IMG/VR virus record: IMGVR_UViG_3300009034_000020
Coordinates: 1 to 64,000 of that record
DNA length: 64,000 nucleotides
Source of the DNA: a virus
Direction: 5' to 3' (one strand)
Below the pieces are notes generated by a model that was not told the origin of the DNA, made no database searches, and saw only the letters and a program-made list of their open reading frames with translations. Shown piece by piece: positions 9,137-18,703 of the stretch (position 1 is its first letter; every line of letters begins with the position of its first letter). Position numbers and translations under genes: made by a program.

Positions 9137-9307
9137 CTACTCCTTCGTGTCCACATGGAAGAACAAACGTCCGACGATGAATGGCAGGATAAGGGGAACT
9201 CCCCATATCTGCCAGATGACCACGCAAGCCACGGTCAAGATGAGGCCGTTGACTAGGAGCCCCACCGGCTTGAACGTGAAAGTGAGTGGCCCTTTTGTTA
9301 GCCACAT
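9137..9307 (-). CDS. small membrane protein (56 aa), candidate holin
   Basis: Translated by hand: MWLTKGPLTFTFKPVGLLVNGLILTVACVVIWQIWGVPLILPFIVGRLFFHVDTKE; RBS GAGGGG. Confidence 0.5.
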   Translation of the reverse strand: MWLTKGPLTFTFKPVGLLVNGLILTVACVVIWQIWGVPLILPFIVGRLFFHVDTKE

Positions 9308-9308
9308 C

Positions 9309-10580
9309 TTAGTCCCCCTCTTCCTCTTCTATGCTGTACTCGTAAGTCACACCTTCTACCTGGAACCGGCCGCCGAACGGCTGGACCAGGGTCGGGTGCA
9401 CGGCGCCCTCGATGATCTGGCTATAGGCGAAGCCATGCTGCCAGTCAGCAAAGGCATCATAGTCCGGGCTCAACTGACATAGGCAGCCCATCACTGTCCA
9501 GCTCTGGGACTGACCCTTGTCACCTAGCCAGGAGTAGATCTGGTTGCGGTGGAAGTGGCCGCAGAGGCCGCTAGAACGGACCTTCTCGCCCATCCACTTC
9601 GCGCAGTGCTTGATGTTGGCGTTCATGCGGAATGGACCATGCGTCACGATGAACCCAGCGTAGTCGATCCGGCCAGGGAAGGGCATGTGCATGATGCCCC
9701 TCTTCTTGAGACCGAGGATCGAGTCAATCGAGAGCATCGGGTCGCCGTCCTCGTTACGCAGGTTCGTCAACTCAGGACCTCGACTCCAGAGGTAACGCTG
9801 GAGCCGGTGCTCGTGGTTACCATCGACCCAGATCTGCTCAGCGTTAGGGACTGCCTGCCGGTGATAATCCAGCATGTGCCGGGTCCCGGCGAACTCGCTC
9901 TCCAAGTCGAAGAACCGCGTCGGGTTCTTGATGAAGACGGAGATCGTATAGGCGTCCATCTTGTCTCCGCAATAGAAGATCTTGTCAGGCTGGAAGTCGA
10001 TGAGCGCCCGCTGTACAGCCATCCACAATCCCTTCTCTTGGAAGGGGTAGTGAAGGTCAGCGATGTAGAAGGCGCGCTCGCCTTCCCGGACATCAGTCAG
10101 TACTGCTACCAGGGGCTTCTCCTTGATAGCGAACAACCCCTGCTCATAGCGGACCTGGCGCCGGGCGGCATTGTGGGCAGCCTCCGCGCACTGAGGATCG
10201 CAGAAGATGTTGGTGTCGGCCCGCGGCTTGAACTTCTTCCCGCAGTAGGTACACTCCCGTTCGTCCAGCGGGACAGCCCCACGAGCCGCAGCCTGAGCGG
10301 CCTGGCGCTTGCAGAGTATCGAGCAATACTTCTGGTTCGCCGGGCGAATCGCCGCCAGCTTCCGAGAGCAACCGTCTCGGGCACACTTCACGCGCTTCTG
10401 CTTCTGGTGACCAGTCCGACGCTCGTCATTCTCGACCCCACGCCGGCACCTAGCAGAACAGTATGCCTTGTTAGGCAGTGCGTCCGCAGGGAGCTCGTTC
10501 TTACATTCCTTGCGCCTACAGATCCGTGATCTCTTGTGTGAGCTGTCTACCATGTCGTTACTCTCCCTCTCCTGGGCCAC
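9309..10580 (-). CDS. calcineurin-like metallophosphoesterase with three N-terminal zinc-finger repeats
   Basis: ADLH, GDKMD, GNHE, THG, GHFH motifs; repeats of C..C...(Y/F)C...C. Confidence 0.85.
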   Translation of the reverse strand: MAQERESNDMVDSSHKRSRICRRKECKNELPADALPNKAYCSARCRRGVENDERRTGHQKQKRVKCARDGCSRKLAAIRPANQKYCSILCKRQAAQAAARGAVPLDERECTYCGKKFKPRADTNIFCDPQCAEAAHNAARRQVRYEQGLFAIKEKPLVAVLTDVREGERAFYIADLHYPFQEKGLWMAVQRALIDFQPDKIFYCGDKMDAYTISVFIKNPTRFFDLESEFAGTRHMLDYHRQAVPNAEQIWVDGNHEHRLQRYLWSRGPELTNLRNEDGDPMLSIDSILGLKKRGIMHMPFPGRIDYAGFIVTHGPFRMNANIKHCAKWMGEKVRSSGLCGHFHRNQIYSWLGDKGQSQSWTVMGCLCQLSPDYDAFADWQHGFAYSQIIEGAVHPTLVQPFGGRFQVEGVTYEYSIEEEEGD

Positions 10581-11229
10581 GCAGCCTCTTGATAAGAGTC
10601 ACGCCACCCGGCTTCTCAACGAGATACGTAAGGTCCGCTGCATCAGCCATCTCAGGCTCATGGCTAACCAGTGGTGCTACTTGGAGCTCCAGCCGCTTAG
10701 TCATCTCCTGTAAGAGCTGGCATAGGGCGGGCCGGTATTCAGCGCTAACGTGCGAGAACGGCTCATCCAACAGCAGCAGCCGCCGGAGTGGGGGCCGTAC
10801 GCTCAGCGTCAGCAAGATACGCAGCAGGAAGTCCATGACCTCTACCAGGGAGCCCCCATCTGCCTTCAAGGGGTCCTCGATCTTGAGGTCTCCGTCGTAC
10901 AAGATGATCTTGCTGCTGCTCACGCCCCGGACCAGCTTGGTCTCCACCTCAATGCGGAGCGGACGGCCGAACACAGTAGTCAGCCCCTCGCTAACCACGC
11001 CGGCTAGCGACTTCTCGAAGGCGCCGCGCCATTTCTGCTCTAGGCTTTGGAGGATAGCCAGAGCCGCCTTGTGGAGCTCGGCACCAGTTGTCTCACGCAG
11101 GAAGCAGTCGTGGGCCTCCCCTATCTGCTGGTCTAGGAGGTCAGCCTGGCCCCGCCAGCGCTCTAGCTGGGCCTGTGCTGTTCTCAACGTGAAGGCAATG
11201 ACCTTAGTCTTCTGATCCAGCAGTACCAT
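10558..11229 (-). CDS. Rad50/SbcC-like ATPase, C-terminal half
   Basis: Coiled coil, signature-like ADGGS, Walker B LLLLDEP, H-loop VSHE; no Walker A. Confidence 0.8.
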   Translation of the reverse strand: MVLLDQKTKVIAFTLRTAQAQLERWRGQADLLDQQIGEAHDCFLRETTGAELHKAALAILQSLEQKWRGAFEKSLAGVVSEGLTTVFGRPLRIEVETKLVRGVSSSKIILYDGDLKIEDPLKADGGSLVEVMDFLLRILLTLSVRPPLRRLLLLDEPFSHVSAEYRPALCQLLQEMTKRLELQVAPLVSHEPEMADAADLTYLVEKPGGVTLIKRLRGPGEGE

Positions 11230-11470
11230 CAATCTCCTCCAGAACTCCATCCAGGCGCGTGGCGATACCATCCACTACCTCCTCGGCATCCCGCAGCATG
11301 GTATCTGCCTGCTCTTGGAGGTCCTTGTGTATGTCGAAGCCGAGGTCGTTGAGCTCTTCCGTCAAGGCAACAGCAGCCTTGTGGGCCTCGCCTTGCCGGG
11401 CCTGGAGCTGGGCGAAGTCTCGCTCAGCCGCCCGTAGCTTGTCACGTAGGGCTACTAGCTCGGTGTTCAT
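11204..11470 (-). CDS. small coiled-coil protein
   Basis: 88-aa heptad-rich ORF coupled between Mre11 and the Rad50 C-half. Confidence 0.65.
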   Translation of the reverse strand: MNTELVALRDKLRAAERDFAQLQARQGEAHKAAVALTEELNDLGFDIHKDLQEQADTMLRDAEEVVDGIATRLDGVLEEIDGTAGSED

Positions 11471-12483
11471 AACCCCGCCTCCTCAAGGTAGTGCTTAGCG
11501 AGCTGGGCAGCACTAGACTTGCTATCCCCGAGCTCGGCTAGCACCTCATCTAGCGTCATTTCTTCTGCCTGAAGACCGCCCGCTATCGTCCCGACGAATT
11601 GCTGGATCTCGTCGGAGACGCCTTCCTCGTCCAGCGGGCGGTCTTCAAAGACTTCTCCAGCGGGTAGGACCTTTGACAGTCCATGTCGAGTTAGCTTCAC
11701 ATGAGCCCCGTAGGATGACGCCTCGTCGATCTCGTCGTCCACCTCCAGCAGGAGGACATGGAGACCCCGCGAGAGATTAGATTGGGTACGGGAGATCCTA
11801 GAGATGCTCCCGATGTTGGCGAACAGCTTGTGCGTTGGAGCCTTCTTCGTCTTCCGGATCACGGTGACGCCCAGGTCCTCGTGGATATGGCCGGCCAACA
11901 CTACGTCGATGCCGTCTAGCGGCAACGCAGTGACGTTCACCGAGTCGTACTTCCGTTGAGCACCAGGGGGGAGGATAGGCCCATGCGCCACCAAGATGAC
12001 AGCCGGGCGCACCCTGAACTTGTTGATGATCTCCTCCTCTTCTTCTGCCAGTACGTAGTACTCTGGGTCAGAAGACCGCTCTGCGTCCCACGGGCGCCCT
12101 ATCAACACCGTGTTCTTGAAGACGACGGGGCCAACGAGTGGAGTGATGACCCCAGCCTTAGCTAGTACCCCCAGCGGCTGCTTGCTCAGGCTATCCAAGC
12201 CCTCAGAGCTGAGATCATGGTTGCCGGGGACCACCCAGTGTGGATGCTCGTCCGGCCAAGAGCTGAACAAGTAGATGAGCTGGCCCACTAACCGGTGGCT
12301 GACCCGATTCGGGCGCTTCTGGTGGAAGATGTCGCCAGTGCAGAGGGTAGCATTCGTCCGCCACTGGAACGCCATCTCCCTAATCTCCAGCAGCTTCTCG
12401 TAGATGCTGGTCGTGTAGTCATCGACGCGCCCGAGTGGAGGCTTGTCGGCGATGTGTGGGTCGTTGTAGACCAAGATCCTCAT
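11467..12483 (-). CDS. Mre11/SbcD-like nuclease
   Basis: NDPH, TGDIFH, PGNHD, AHG, GHIH motifs; flanked by Rad50 halves. Confidence 0.9.
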   Translation of the reverse strand: MRILVYNDPHIADKPPLGRVDDYTTSIYEKLLEIREMAFQWRTNATLCTGDIFHQKRPNRVSHRLVGQLIYLFSSWPDEHPHWVVPGNHDLSSEGLDSLSKQPLGVLAKAGVITPLVGPVVFKNTVLIGRPWDAERSSDPEYYVLAEEEEEIINKFRVRPAVILVAHGPILPPGAQRKYDSVNVTALPLDGIDVVLAGHIHEDLGVTVIRKTKKAPTHKLFANIGSISRISRTQSNLSRGLHVLLLEVDDEIDEASSYGAHVKLTRHGLSKVLPAGEVFEDRPLDEEGVSDEIQQFVGTIAGGLQAEEMTLDEVLAELGDSKSSAAQLAKHYLEEAGL

Positions 12484-12659
12484 GGCAAGTACTCCAGTGG
12501 GCTAAGGAAGCGTCGTGCTCCACAGCATGTACACTCAGACCACCCGGTAGGTATCCGCAGGTCCTTCTCTTCGAGGACCCACTCAGCCTCCCATCGGTGC
12601 TGCCCCTTGAGCCAGCACAGTACATGCCCTGCTGCTACTTGAATGGGCAGTGATCGCAT
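12480..12659 (-). CDS. small Cys/His protein (59 aa)
   Basis: Translated by hand: MRSLPIQVAAGHVLCWLKGQHRW...CTCCGARR; ATGA-coupled to Mre11. Confidence 0.5.
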   Translation of the reverse strand: MRSLPIQVAAGHVLCWLKGQHRWEAEWVLEEKDLRIPTGWSECTCCGARRFLSPLEYLP

Positions 12660-13561
12660 ACCTTAGCCCCCTCACATGCACGCGCGTAGTCCCTGCGCAG
12701 CTTCTTGATAGCGAATGTAGTATTCGCTACTAACTGGTCCACTGTGTCTGCCTCCACACGTGCGCGCGCGTACCTTATTATAAGGGGTTCGACATTCACC
12801 AAGAGGTCCAGGCGGCGGTTGGTCTCCTCCAGGTCTTGCCCGATGGGATCGAGGTCAACTGACGCTAGCTTCTCCAGCTCGACTTGAGCTGCGGCTATTT
12901 CTTGAACACGTGCCACGATGTCCTGCGCCTTAGTCGCTAGCTCCAGCTCCTCCCCAACCCCATCGAGCTGTTCCTGGAGCTTTTCGAGGGGCGGGAGTGC
13001 ATCCCGCTGTGCCTTCAATTCGCCAAGCAGGGCCTCCTTGGCCGCTGCCTCTCGGCGGTGCTGGTCCCCTACCCGCTTGCACTCCATCTGGGCGACGACC
13101 ACAGTATCCGCCCGAGTGACCTTGCCGAAGATCTTGGCCTGCCGGGACCCGCTCTCGCTCAACACGAAGATAGGGTCAAACTGAGAGGCAAGCTGGGGGG
13201 TAAGTGCGGTGTCCTTGTCTACTTCTAGCTCCCCTATCGCCAACCGTTCCCGGATCTCAGCCGGTACCTCGTGCCCTACCTTGGTGAACATCTTCCCGTC
13301 GAGGCCATAGGTGGCGCTCTTGCCCCGCGGCTTTGTCCAGGTCACACAGCAGTCGTCGAACTCCAGGACGACAGTGCACTCCTTCTCACCCTGGCGTATG
13401 AAGTCATCGCCAGTAGCATTCAAGAGAGCGCACCGAATAGCCCGGACAACAGCGCTCTTGCCGGCCCGGCCAGGGCCAACGAGCACTGTGAGCTGCCCAA
13501 GGTCTAGCTCAGCGTGCTCGATACTCTGGAAGTTGGTGACCCTAACTGCCTTCAGGCTCAC
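12635..13561 (-). CDS. Rad50/SbcC-like ATPase, N-terminal half
   Basis: NFQS, Walker A GPGRAGKS, Q-loop ASQFD, coiled coil ending in CDHC. Confidence 0.85.
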   Translation of the reverse strand: MSLKAVRVTNFQSIEHAELDLGQLTVLVGPGRAGKSAVVRAIRCALLNATGDDFIRQGEKECTVVLEFDDCCVTWTKPRGKSATYGLDGKMFTKVGHEVPAEIRERLAIGELEVDKDTALTPQLASQFDPIFVLSESGSRQAKIFGKVTRADTVVVAQMECKRVGDQHRREAAAKEALLGELKAQRDALPPLEKLQEQLDGVGEELELATKAQDIVARVQEIAAAQVELEKLASVDLDPIGQDLEETNRRLDLLVNVEPLIIRYARARVEADTVDQLVANTTFAIKKLRRDYARACEGAKVCDHCPFK

Positions 13562-13748
13562 GTTTGTCCCCCAGTACGAGGTGGGCCTCGTCCATCACTG
13601 CCAGGAAATCCGCCACCACAACGTTGTCGAACATGATGTCATCGTACTCACGGCAGTAGGTCTCAGCGTCCGCATTGAGGTCCACGAGCGCTCGGAGTAC
13701 CTTCCGCAACGCAGCAGCATCTGCTAGTGCATCATCCTGTTTGCTCAC
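13542..13748 (-). CDS. hypothetical protein
   Basis: 68-aa ORF overlapping its neighbours. Confidence 0.5.
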   Translation of the reverse strand: MSKQDDALADAAALRKVLRALVDLNADAETYCREYDDIMFDNVVVADFLAVMDEAHLVLGDKREPEGS

Positions 13749-14775
13749 GGGTCTTCTCCTTCGGTAGTGGGATCTCCCAGTCAGATGGTGACTTGGCTAT
13801 CAGCTTCTGGAGTTCCTTGTCTGCCTCCAGGATAGGGCCGAAGTCCGCATGGCGGAACTTCCTGCCTTTGTAGTCGTACCATCCCTTGTTCTCCACGATG
13901 ATGCCAGCCTCTACAGCGCAATCGAGGGATGACCCTACCTTGTCGATGCCAGTCTGAAAGTCGATGTCGAATAGGCACTCGCGGTAGGGGTTGTGCACCG
14001 TACTCTTCACGATGTGCGCCTTGACCTTGATACCAGTCGGCCTCTTCGGGTTGGCCCCCAGCCGTTCTACCTCCATCAGGTGGACCTTCAAGCTGGACCA
14101 GTAGTTGAGCGTCTTCTCCCCAAGCATCGTCATCTCGTCCTTCTTCCACCTAGAGAAGTCTACCTTGTGGCGGAGCTGGTTGACGAGTACGAGAGCAATG
14201 CGCTCTCGTGCGATGAGGGGGTGGAGTTTGCGGAGCGCTCGGCTAAGCTCTCGGGCATGTGCTGCTACGTTGGTCTCGCCAAAGTCTGCCTCTACGTCGG
14301 CCTTCGATGGAGAGCCAGCGATAGAGTCGTAGACGATGGTAACCAACCGGTCAGGGAATTGCTTCCGGGCTACCACGATAACGTCCCTGATCTGACGCAG
14401 CACATCTTCTAGTGTCTCGCCTTGGAGCTGCATGAGCAGCTCATCCGTGATGCCCAACCGAACAGCACGGTCCATCCAATAGCGCCGCTCACTATCCGCC
14501 AGCACAGCGATACCTCCGCGCCGTTGTGTCTCGGCCAGGAGGTGGAGGCCAACGGTTGACTTACCGCTGGCCTCCGTGCCAATGAGAGTAGTGAGGCGGC
14601 CTACAGGTATACCAGGGTGGCCGAACATGTAGTCCAGCACTGGGCACTGGGTACTCACGTACTCAGTGACCTTGGAAGCAAGCTGAGCGCCAGCGCCGAC
14701 GATGATCTTGTCGTCCCCAAGGGTCTCTTGGAGCGACTGAAGTTCCTCGACCTGGCGCTTGCGGCTACTCGGCAT
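13732..14775 (-). CDS. recA: RecA/UvsX-like recombinase
   Basis: GIPVGR, GTEASGKST, IVYDSIA, VNQLR. Confidence 0.92.
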   Translation of the reverse strand: MPSSRKRQVEELQSLQETLGDDKIIVGAGAQLASKVTEYVSTQCPVLDYMFGHPGIPVGRLTTLIGTEASGKSTVGLHLLAETQRRGGIAVLADSERRYWMDRAVRLGITDELLMQLQGETLEDVLRQIRDVIVVARKQFPDRLVTIVYDSIAGSPSKADVEADFGETNVAAHARELSRALRKLHPLIARERIALVLVNQLRHKVDFSRWKKDEMTMLGEKTLNYWSSLKVHLMEVERLGANPKRPTGIKVKAHIVKSTVHNPYRECLFDIDFQTGIDKVGSSLDCAVEAGIIVENKGWYDYKGRKFRHADFGPILEADKELQKLIAKSPSDWEIPLPKEKTREQTG

Positions 14776-15805
14776 TCGATACAGCCTTCCGCAACCGCTT
14801 CATTGCGGCCCCGCCATCCGCCTCGGCATCCTTCTTCGGGCGGCCACCACGCTTCTTCTTCGGGGCCTCTTCAGGCTCGGCCTTCGGGGCCTTGGCCGTG
14901 GGGTCAGGTTCAGAAGGTGTACCAGCAGCCATGGCCTCCGGGAGTGCCGCGCCAATCTTGGCGAGCTCCTCCTGGATCTCTGGGCTGGGGTCCTCTTCCT
15001 CGTCCTCGCCCTCGGGTACCTCCCTGTACTCGCCCTCGATAGCCTCTGCCTCCTCCCCGTCTACCGGGATGGCCCCTCTCTTCAGGCGGGGCGTCTCTTC
15101 ATCTCCATCGACCTCCGTGAACGGGTCGCCGGTGCCCCGGCCCTCGATCAACGCTTCTACTTCACCCTCACTCATGAAGGTGACTAGCTCGGTCAAGTCG
15201 TACCGGGTCTCAAGGATCTCTTCCTTGCCGGGGAAGGGACAGGGGTCGGTCACGGTGATCTTGTACTCCGAGTGCAGGTCCTCTCGCAGGCGCCGGATGA
15301 GGACATTGCGCCCCGTCTCCATGTGAGTCAGGTCACCCGCATGCTCAAACTCGTCGTCGAGTGCACGCAAGACCTTGGGGCGGATGGCCATCACGTAGAC
15401 GAGCTCGTCCACCAGCTCGCCTTCGTCGTCCAGCTTCACCACGTTGGCGTAGCTGTTCCACGTGGGGCGGAGGCGGTCGGCCTCATCCTTATTGCCGGCA
15501 TTCCGCAGGCGGTAGGAGAGCTGACACACGGGGCAGTCGCCGATCTCCATCTTCTTCAGGCAGGCGATAGTGCGCTGCGCACCGGGGGGACCCACGTTGA
15601 AGTGGACCGCCACCGGCCAGTACCACGTGTGCTTACCCGTCTCCGGGTGGACCATGTTCTCATGCGGCGGCAGGATGCGAATGAAGTTTGGAAGGTACTT
15701 CGTCTCGCCACCTCGGAGCTTGAAGAACCGAGGCCCGGCCTGCATCTTGTCTCGGAACCTCTCCGAGCTCTCCTGGTCAGCGGTAGGGTAACTGTAGTCG
15801 CTCAC
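14765..15805 (-). CDS. single-stranded DNA-binding protein, T4 gp32-like
   Basis: IRILPP, H...C...CPVC, D.ETGRN..I, acidic C-terminal region. Confidence 0.75.
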   Translation of the reverse strand: MSDYSYPTADQESSERFRDKMQAGPRFFKLRGGETKYLPNFIRILPPHENMVHPETGKHTWYWPVAVHFNVGPPGAQRTIACLKKMEIGDCPVCQLSYRLRNAGNKDEADRLRPTWNSYANVVKLDDEGELVDELVYVMAIRPKVLRALDDEFEHAGDLTHMETGRNVLIRRLREDLHSEYKITVTDPCPFPGKEEILETRYDLTELVTFMSEGEVEALIEGRGTGDPFTEVDGDEETPRLKRGAIPVDGEEAEAIEGEYREVPEGEDEEEDPSPEIQEELAKIGAALPEAMAAGTPSEPDPTAKAPKAEPEEAPKKKRGGRPKKDAEADGGAAMKRLRKAVSNAE

Positions 15806-15823
15806 TGATGCACCTCCTAGTGA

Positions 15824-16744
15824 TCATTGGTTGCAACCTAACTGTACCATAGGCTGGCGTGCCTTGTCAAGAGCCTCCGCCACTTGCCGGTCTGTAGCGG
15901 AGCAGGGATCCTCCCCCTCTGGGAGTTGGGCCACGTAGACCTGGAACCCTGATGCCATCAGAGTATCGGCATCCCTACGAGCGGCGGCGCGGCCAGCCTC
16001 GTCGCCGTCTCTCATCAGGATGATACCACGGAAGCCATGTGTACGCAAGAGGTTGACCTGATGGTCGCTCAGCACCGTGCTCAGTGTCGCTACCGCATTC
16101 TCCCGGAGCCGGAGGGCATCGAGTACTCCCTCGACCACGATGCATAACGGTGGCGTCACGGTGGATAGGTTGAACAGGGCCTGACTAGCTTTGCTGTGCT
16201 CGGGCATCAGGACCTTCTTCTCCATGGTAGGGAACATGGCACGAGCGATGAATGTAATGAGCCGTCCATCTGTCCACACGGGTATGATAAGGCGGTAAGC
16301 ATACAGCCCATGCAGGCAGTACCCAATCCCATAATGGGGAGCCAGGGAGGGGCGGAGGCCCCTGCTCTGCAAGTAGCGAGCTGCCATGTCGTCCACCCCA
16401 CTCGATGGGATGAACTCTTTAGGCAGCTCCACCTCTACCTGTGTTATCTCCGCTGGCGGACGTACTACCTCGCCACCCTTCCGCCGCTCGCCAATGATAC
16501 GCCCAGCTAGCATGTAGGCATCGAACCTACCCATGTCCAATAGCTCCCTGAAGAGCTGGGACAAGCTACCCGACTCGTCGCAATGGAAGCAGATCCAAGC
16601 ACCATGTTCAGTACTGATGTATAGATGGCCGGTATCGTCGCCGCAGGTATCGTGCACCATGACAACCTCGGTCTCACCAGAGGCGAGGCGTGGCGCAAAC
16701 CCGGCACCCTCTAGCGTGTCAAGCAGTAGCTCAACATCAATCAT
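15824..16744 (-). CDS. DNA primase (Zn finger + Toprim)
   Basis: WICFHC, YLQSRG, RLIIP, VVEGVLDAL, DGDEAG, LPEGEDP. Confidence 0.9.
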   Translation of the reverse strand: MIDVELLLDTLEGAGFAPRLASGETEVVMVHDTCGDDTGHLYISTEHGAWICFHCDESGSLSQLFRELLDMGRFDAYMLAGRIIGERRKGGEVVRPPAEITQVEVELPKEFIPSSGVDDMAARYLQSRGLRPSLAPHYGIGYCLHGLYAYRLIIPVWTDGRLITFIARAMFPTMEKKVLMPEHSKASQALFNLSTVTPPLCIVVEGVLDALRLRENAVATLSTVLSDHQVNLLRTHGFRGIILMRDGDEAGRAAARRDADTLMASGFQVYVAQLPEGEDPCSATDRQVAEALDKARQPMVQLGCNQ

Positions 16745-18080
16745 GGTGTTCCTTGAAGGGGTCGCTCTCTCTCTTCTTGAACCAGGGGTAGCCAGTGTCG
16801 GCATCACGCCCAAAACCGACTGTCATCTCGCAGCCCTTGCCTCTGGAGGCATGTAGGCTGTCCTTGAGGACGTAGAGCTTCATGACAGGGCCACGTGGAT
16901 CGTCTGTCTGCTCCTCCCTAGTCTGGGACAGGCCCAGGACAATGTGCGCCCGGCGTACCTTGTCGAAGCAGTCACCTACTTGGCGTAGGCTGACTACTCC
17001 CTTGTCCACCGCATCCTTCGTAGCCTGGGTGCTAGTCCAGATCGCCACCTCTAGCTTGCGCGCCACGTCATTTCGCAGCGCCGTGTAGATCTGCCCCTGC
17101 GCCTCGTACCGGTTCTTCGTCTGGCCCAGCGCACGTAGGTCATCGGCGCTGTCGAGGATGATAAGGTCAGGCTTGAGGCCCGCCCGGTCCAGGTCCTGGA
17201 CGGCAGCGATTAGCTCTGGTACGGTCTCCACGTCCTGACGCACGTCGAAGAACGCTTTGTCCAACCCCTTCCGTTCTCGCCACGCCTTCAGCACCTCCAT
17301 CAGCTCCTTGCCCTTGGGTAGCTTGGTGATGGGCTGCCTCAAGATGGCAGCGACGATGCGCCGGCTAGTCTGTGTTGGGGTGAGCTCAAAGGTGTATACG
17401 AGCACCCGCTTGTTGGCGAGCCATGCCTTCGCCGCCAGGTAAGCTAGCGTCATGGACTTCCCAACGCTGGTGGCGGCGAGGACTACTGCAAGGTCATTGG
17501 GGTGGAGACCCCCGTCTATGTGGTCGTCAAGGTCGCCGCTACCTAGGGGTAGGCCAGTAGGGATAGCGCTCGGCGCTCTACTCACCCACTCCATGCGCTC
17601 ACCCATCTCGGGCAAGAACCCTACCGTGGTGATGCGCGTGTCCTCTTCGTCCCGGAGCTGGCGTAGGGTAGCTAGCTTGTCCGCCGCCTCCTCAACATGA
17701 CCTCGCTCAAGCAGGGTCTGTGCCTCATCAGCGGCTCGGTACACCCACCTCCCACGCAGCCACTCGGCAGCCTGGTCACGGACAGCAGGTAAGGACCCAC
17801 CCTCGGCCAGGTTCTCATGCATGATCTGGAGGTAGAGGCTGAACAGTGCCTGACCCTGCTCCCGTGGGTACTCCTCCAACCGGGCCTTGACTGCCTGTGG
17901 GTAGAGGATACCATGCTGCCGCTTCCAATAGTCGAGCGCCAGCTTCGCCAGCTCCTTGAGCAGGCCCCGGTCACCAAAGTCTTTGGGCTCAATTTGCTTG
18001 GCATGTGCCTCCATGAACTCTACATCCGAGAAGAGGAGGGCGGCGCACCATAGGAAAGGTTGGCTCAGCTTGCTAGCCAT
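16737..18080 (-). CDS. DnaB-like replicative helicase
   Basis: IPTG...GGL, AATSVGKS, TFEL, IILDSAD, WTSTQ. Confidence 0.9.
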   Translation of the reverse strand: MASKLSQPFLWCAALLFSDVEFMEAHAKQIEPKDFGDRGLLKELAKLALDYWKRQHGILYPQAVKARLEEYPREQGQALFSLYLQIMHENLAEGGSLPAVRDQAAEWLRGRWVYRAADEAQTLLERGHVEEAADKLATLRQLRDEEDTRITTVGFLPEMGERMEWVSRAPSAIPTGLPLGSGDLDDHIDGGLHPNDLAVVLAATSVGKSMTLAYLAAKAWLANKRVLVYTFELTPTQTSRRIVAAILRQPITKLPKGKELMEVLKAWRERKGLDKAFFDVRQDVETVPELIAAVQDLDRAGLKPDLIILDSADDLRALGQTKNRYEAQGQIYTALRNDVARKLEVAIWTSTQATKDAVDKGVVSLRQVGDCFDKVRRAHIVLGLSQTREEQTDDPRGPVMKLYVLKDSLHASRGKGCEMTVGFGRDADTGYPWFKKRESDPFKEHHD

Positions 18081-18083
18081 GGC

Positions 18084-18353
18084 CTACTCCTTCGGTTCGA
18101 ACATAGGACAGGCACCACAGCGGTTCACCTCCCGGCAGAAAGCGAAGGGCTGGTCGCCAACGTACTGACCACCGAGGTCATTCACCCCGCCAAACCCTTC
18201 CTTCCCCGTGACGAAATCAATGGCGGGTGGTCGGGGCGCAGCCGCGCACATCTGGTTCCACCATGTGTACCGATGGTAGTCCATGAACCATCGGCCAGTA
18301 TCAACGAAACGATGGTGGCGACAGTCGTGACAGATAGTTACTGCTGCGGCCAT
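18084..18353 (-). CDS. Cys-rich hypothetical protein
   Basis: CHDCRH...C...CREVN..GAC. Confidence 0.55.
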   Translation of the reverse strand: MAAAVTICHDCRHHRFVDTGRWFMDYHRYTWWNQMCAAAPRPPAIDFVTGKEGFGGVNDLGGQYVGDQPFAFCREVNRCGACPMFEPKE

Positions 18354-18703
18354 GACCCTAGCTCCTTCATCTGCTTCTCAATGCGAGTATGCAACACCCA
18401 GAACAACACGAACGGTTGTTCCTTGCCCTCCATCTCCTCGCGGAAATTTCTAAAGAAAAACAAACACATCTCCTGGAGAACATGTGTTCCGTACTTCTCC
18501 AGTGCCTTCTTCCCCAGCCGGTAAGCGACACCATGCGAGCCGCCGTAGATACCTCGGCTATTGCAGCGCTCGAACCACCAGCGTACGAATCTTTCCAGCG
18601 GCTTAGGCCCAGTCACTGCTGTGGTCCCCGCCGGCACCTCTACGTCCTCATGGAGATAAAGGGTGCCGCCACCATACTTGTCGAGGAGCCTAACGCTACG
18701 CAC
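18338..18703 (-). CDS. hypothetical protein
   Basis: GTG start overlapping the upstream stop. Confidence 0.5.
   Translation of the reverse strand: MRSVRLLDKYGGGTLYLHEDVEVPAGTTAVTGPKPLERFVRWWFERCNSRGIYGGSHGVAYRLGKKALEKYGTHVLQEMCLFFFRNFREEMEGKEQPFVLFWVLHTRIEKQMKELGSWPQQ

Noticed and set aside
9549-11215. Long plus-strand ORFs (326 aa, 245 aa) and similar antisense ORFs elsewhere
   Set aside because: Shadow frames of well-supported genes in high-GC DNA; no motifs or RBS.
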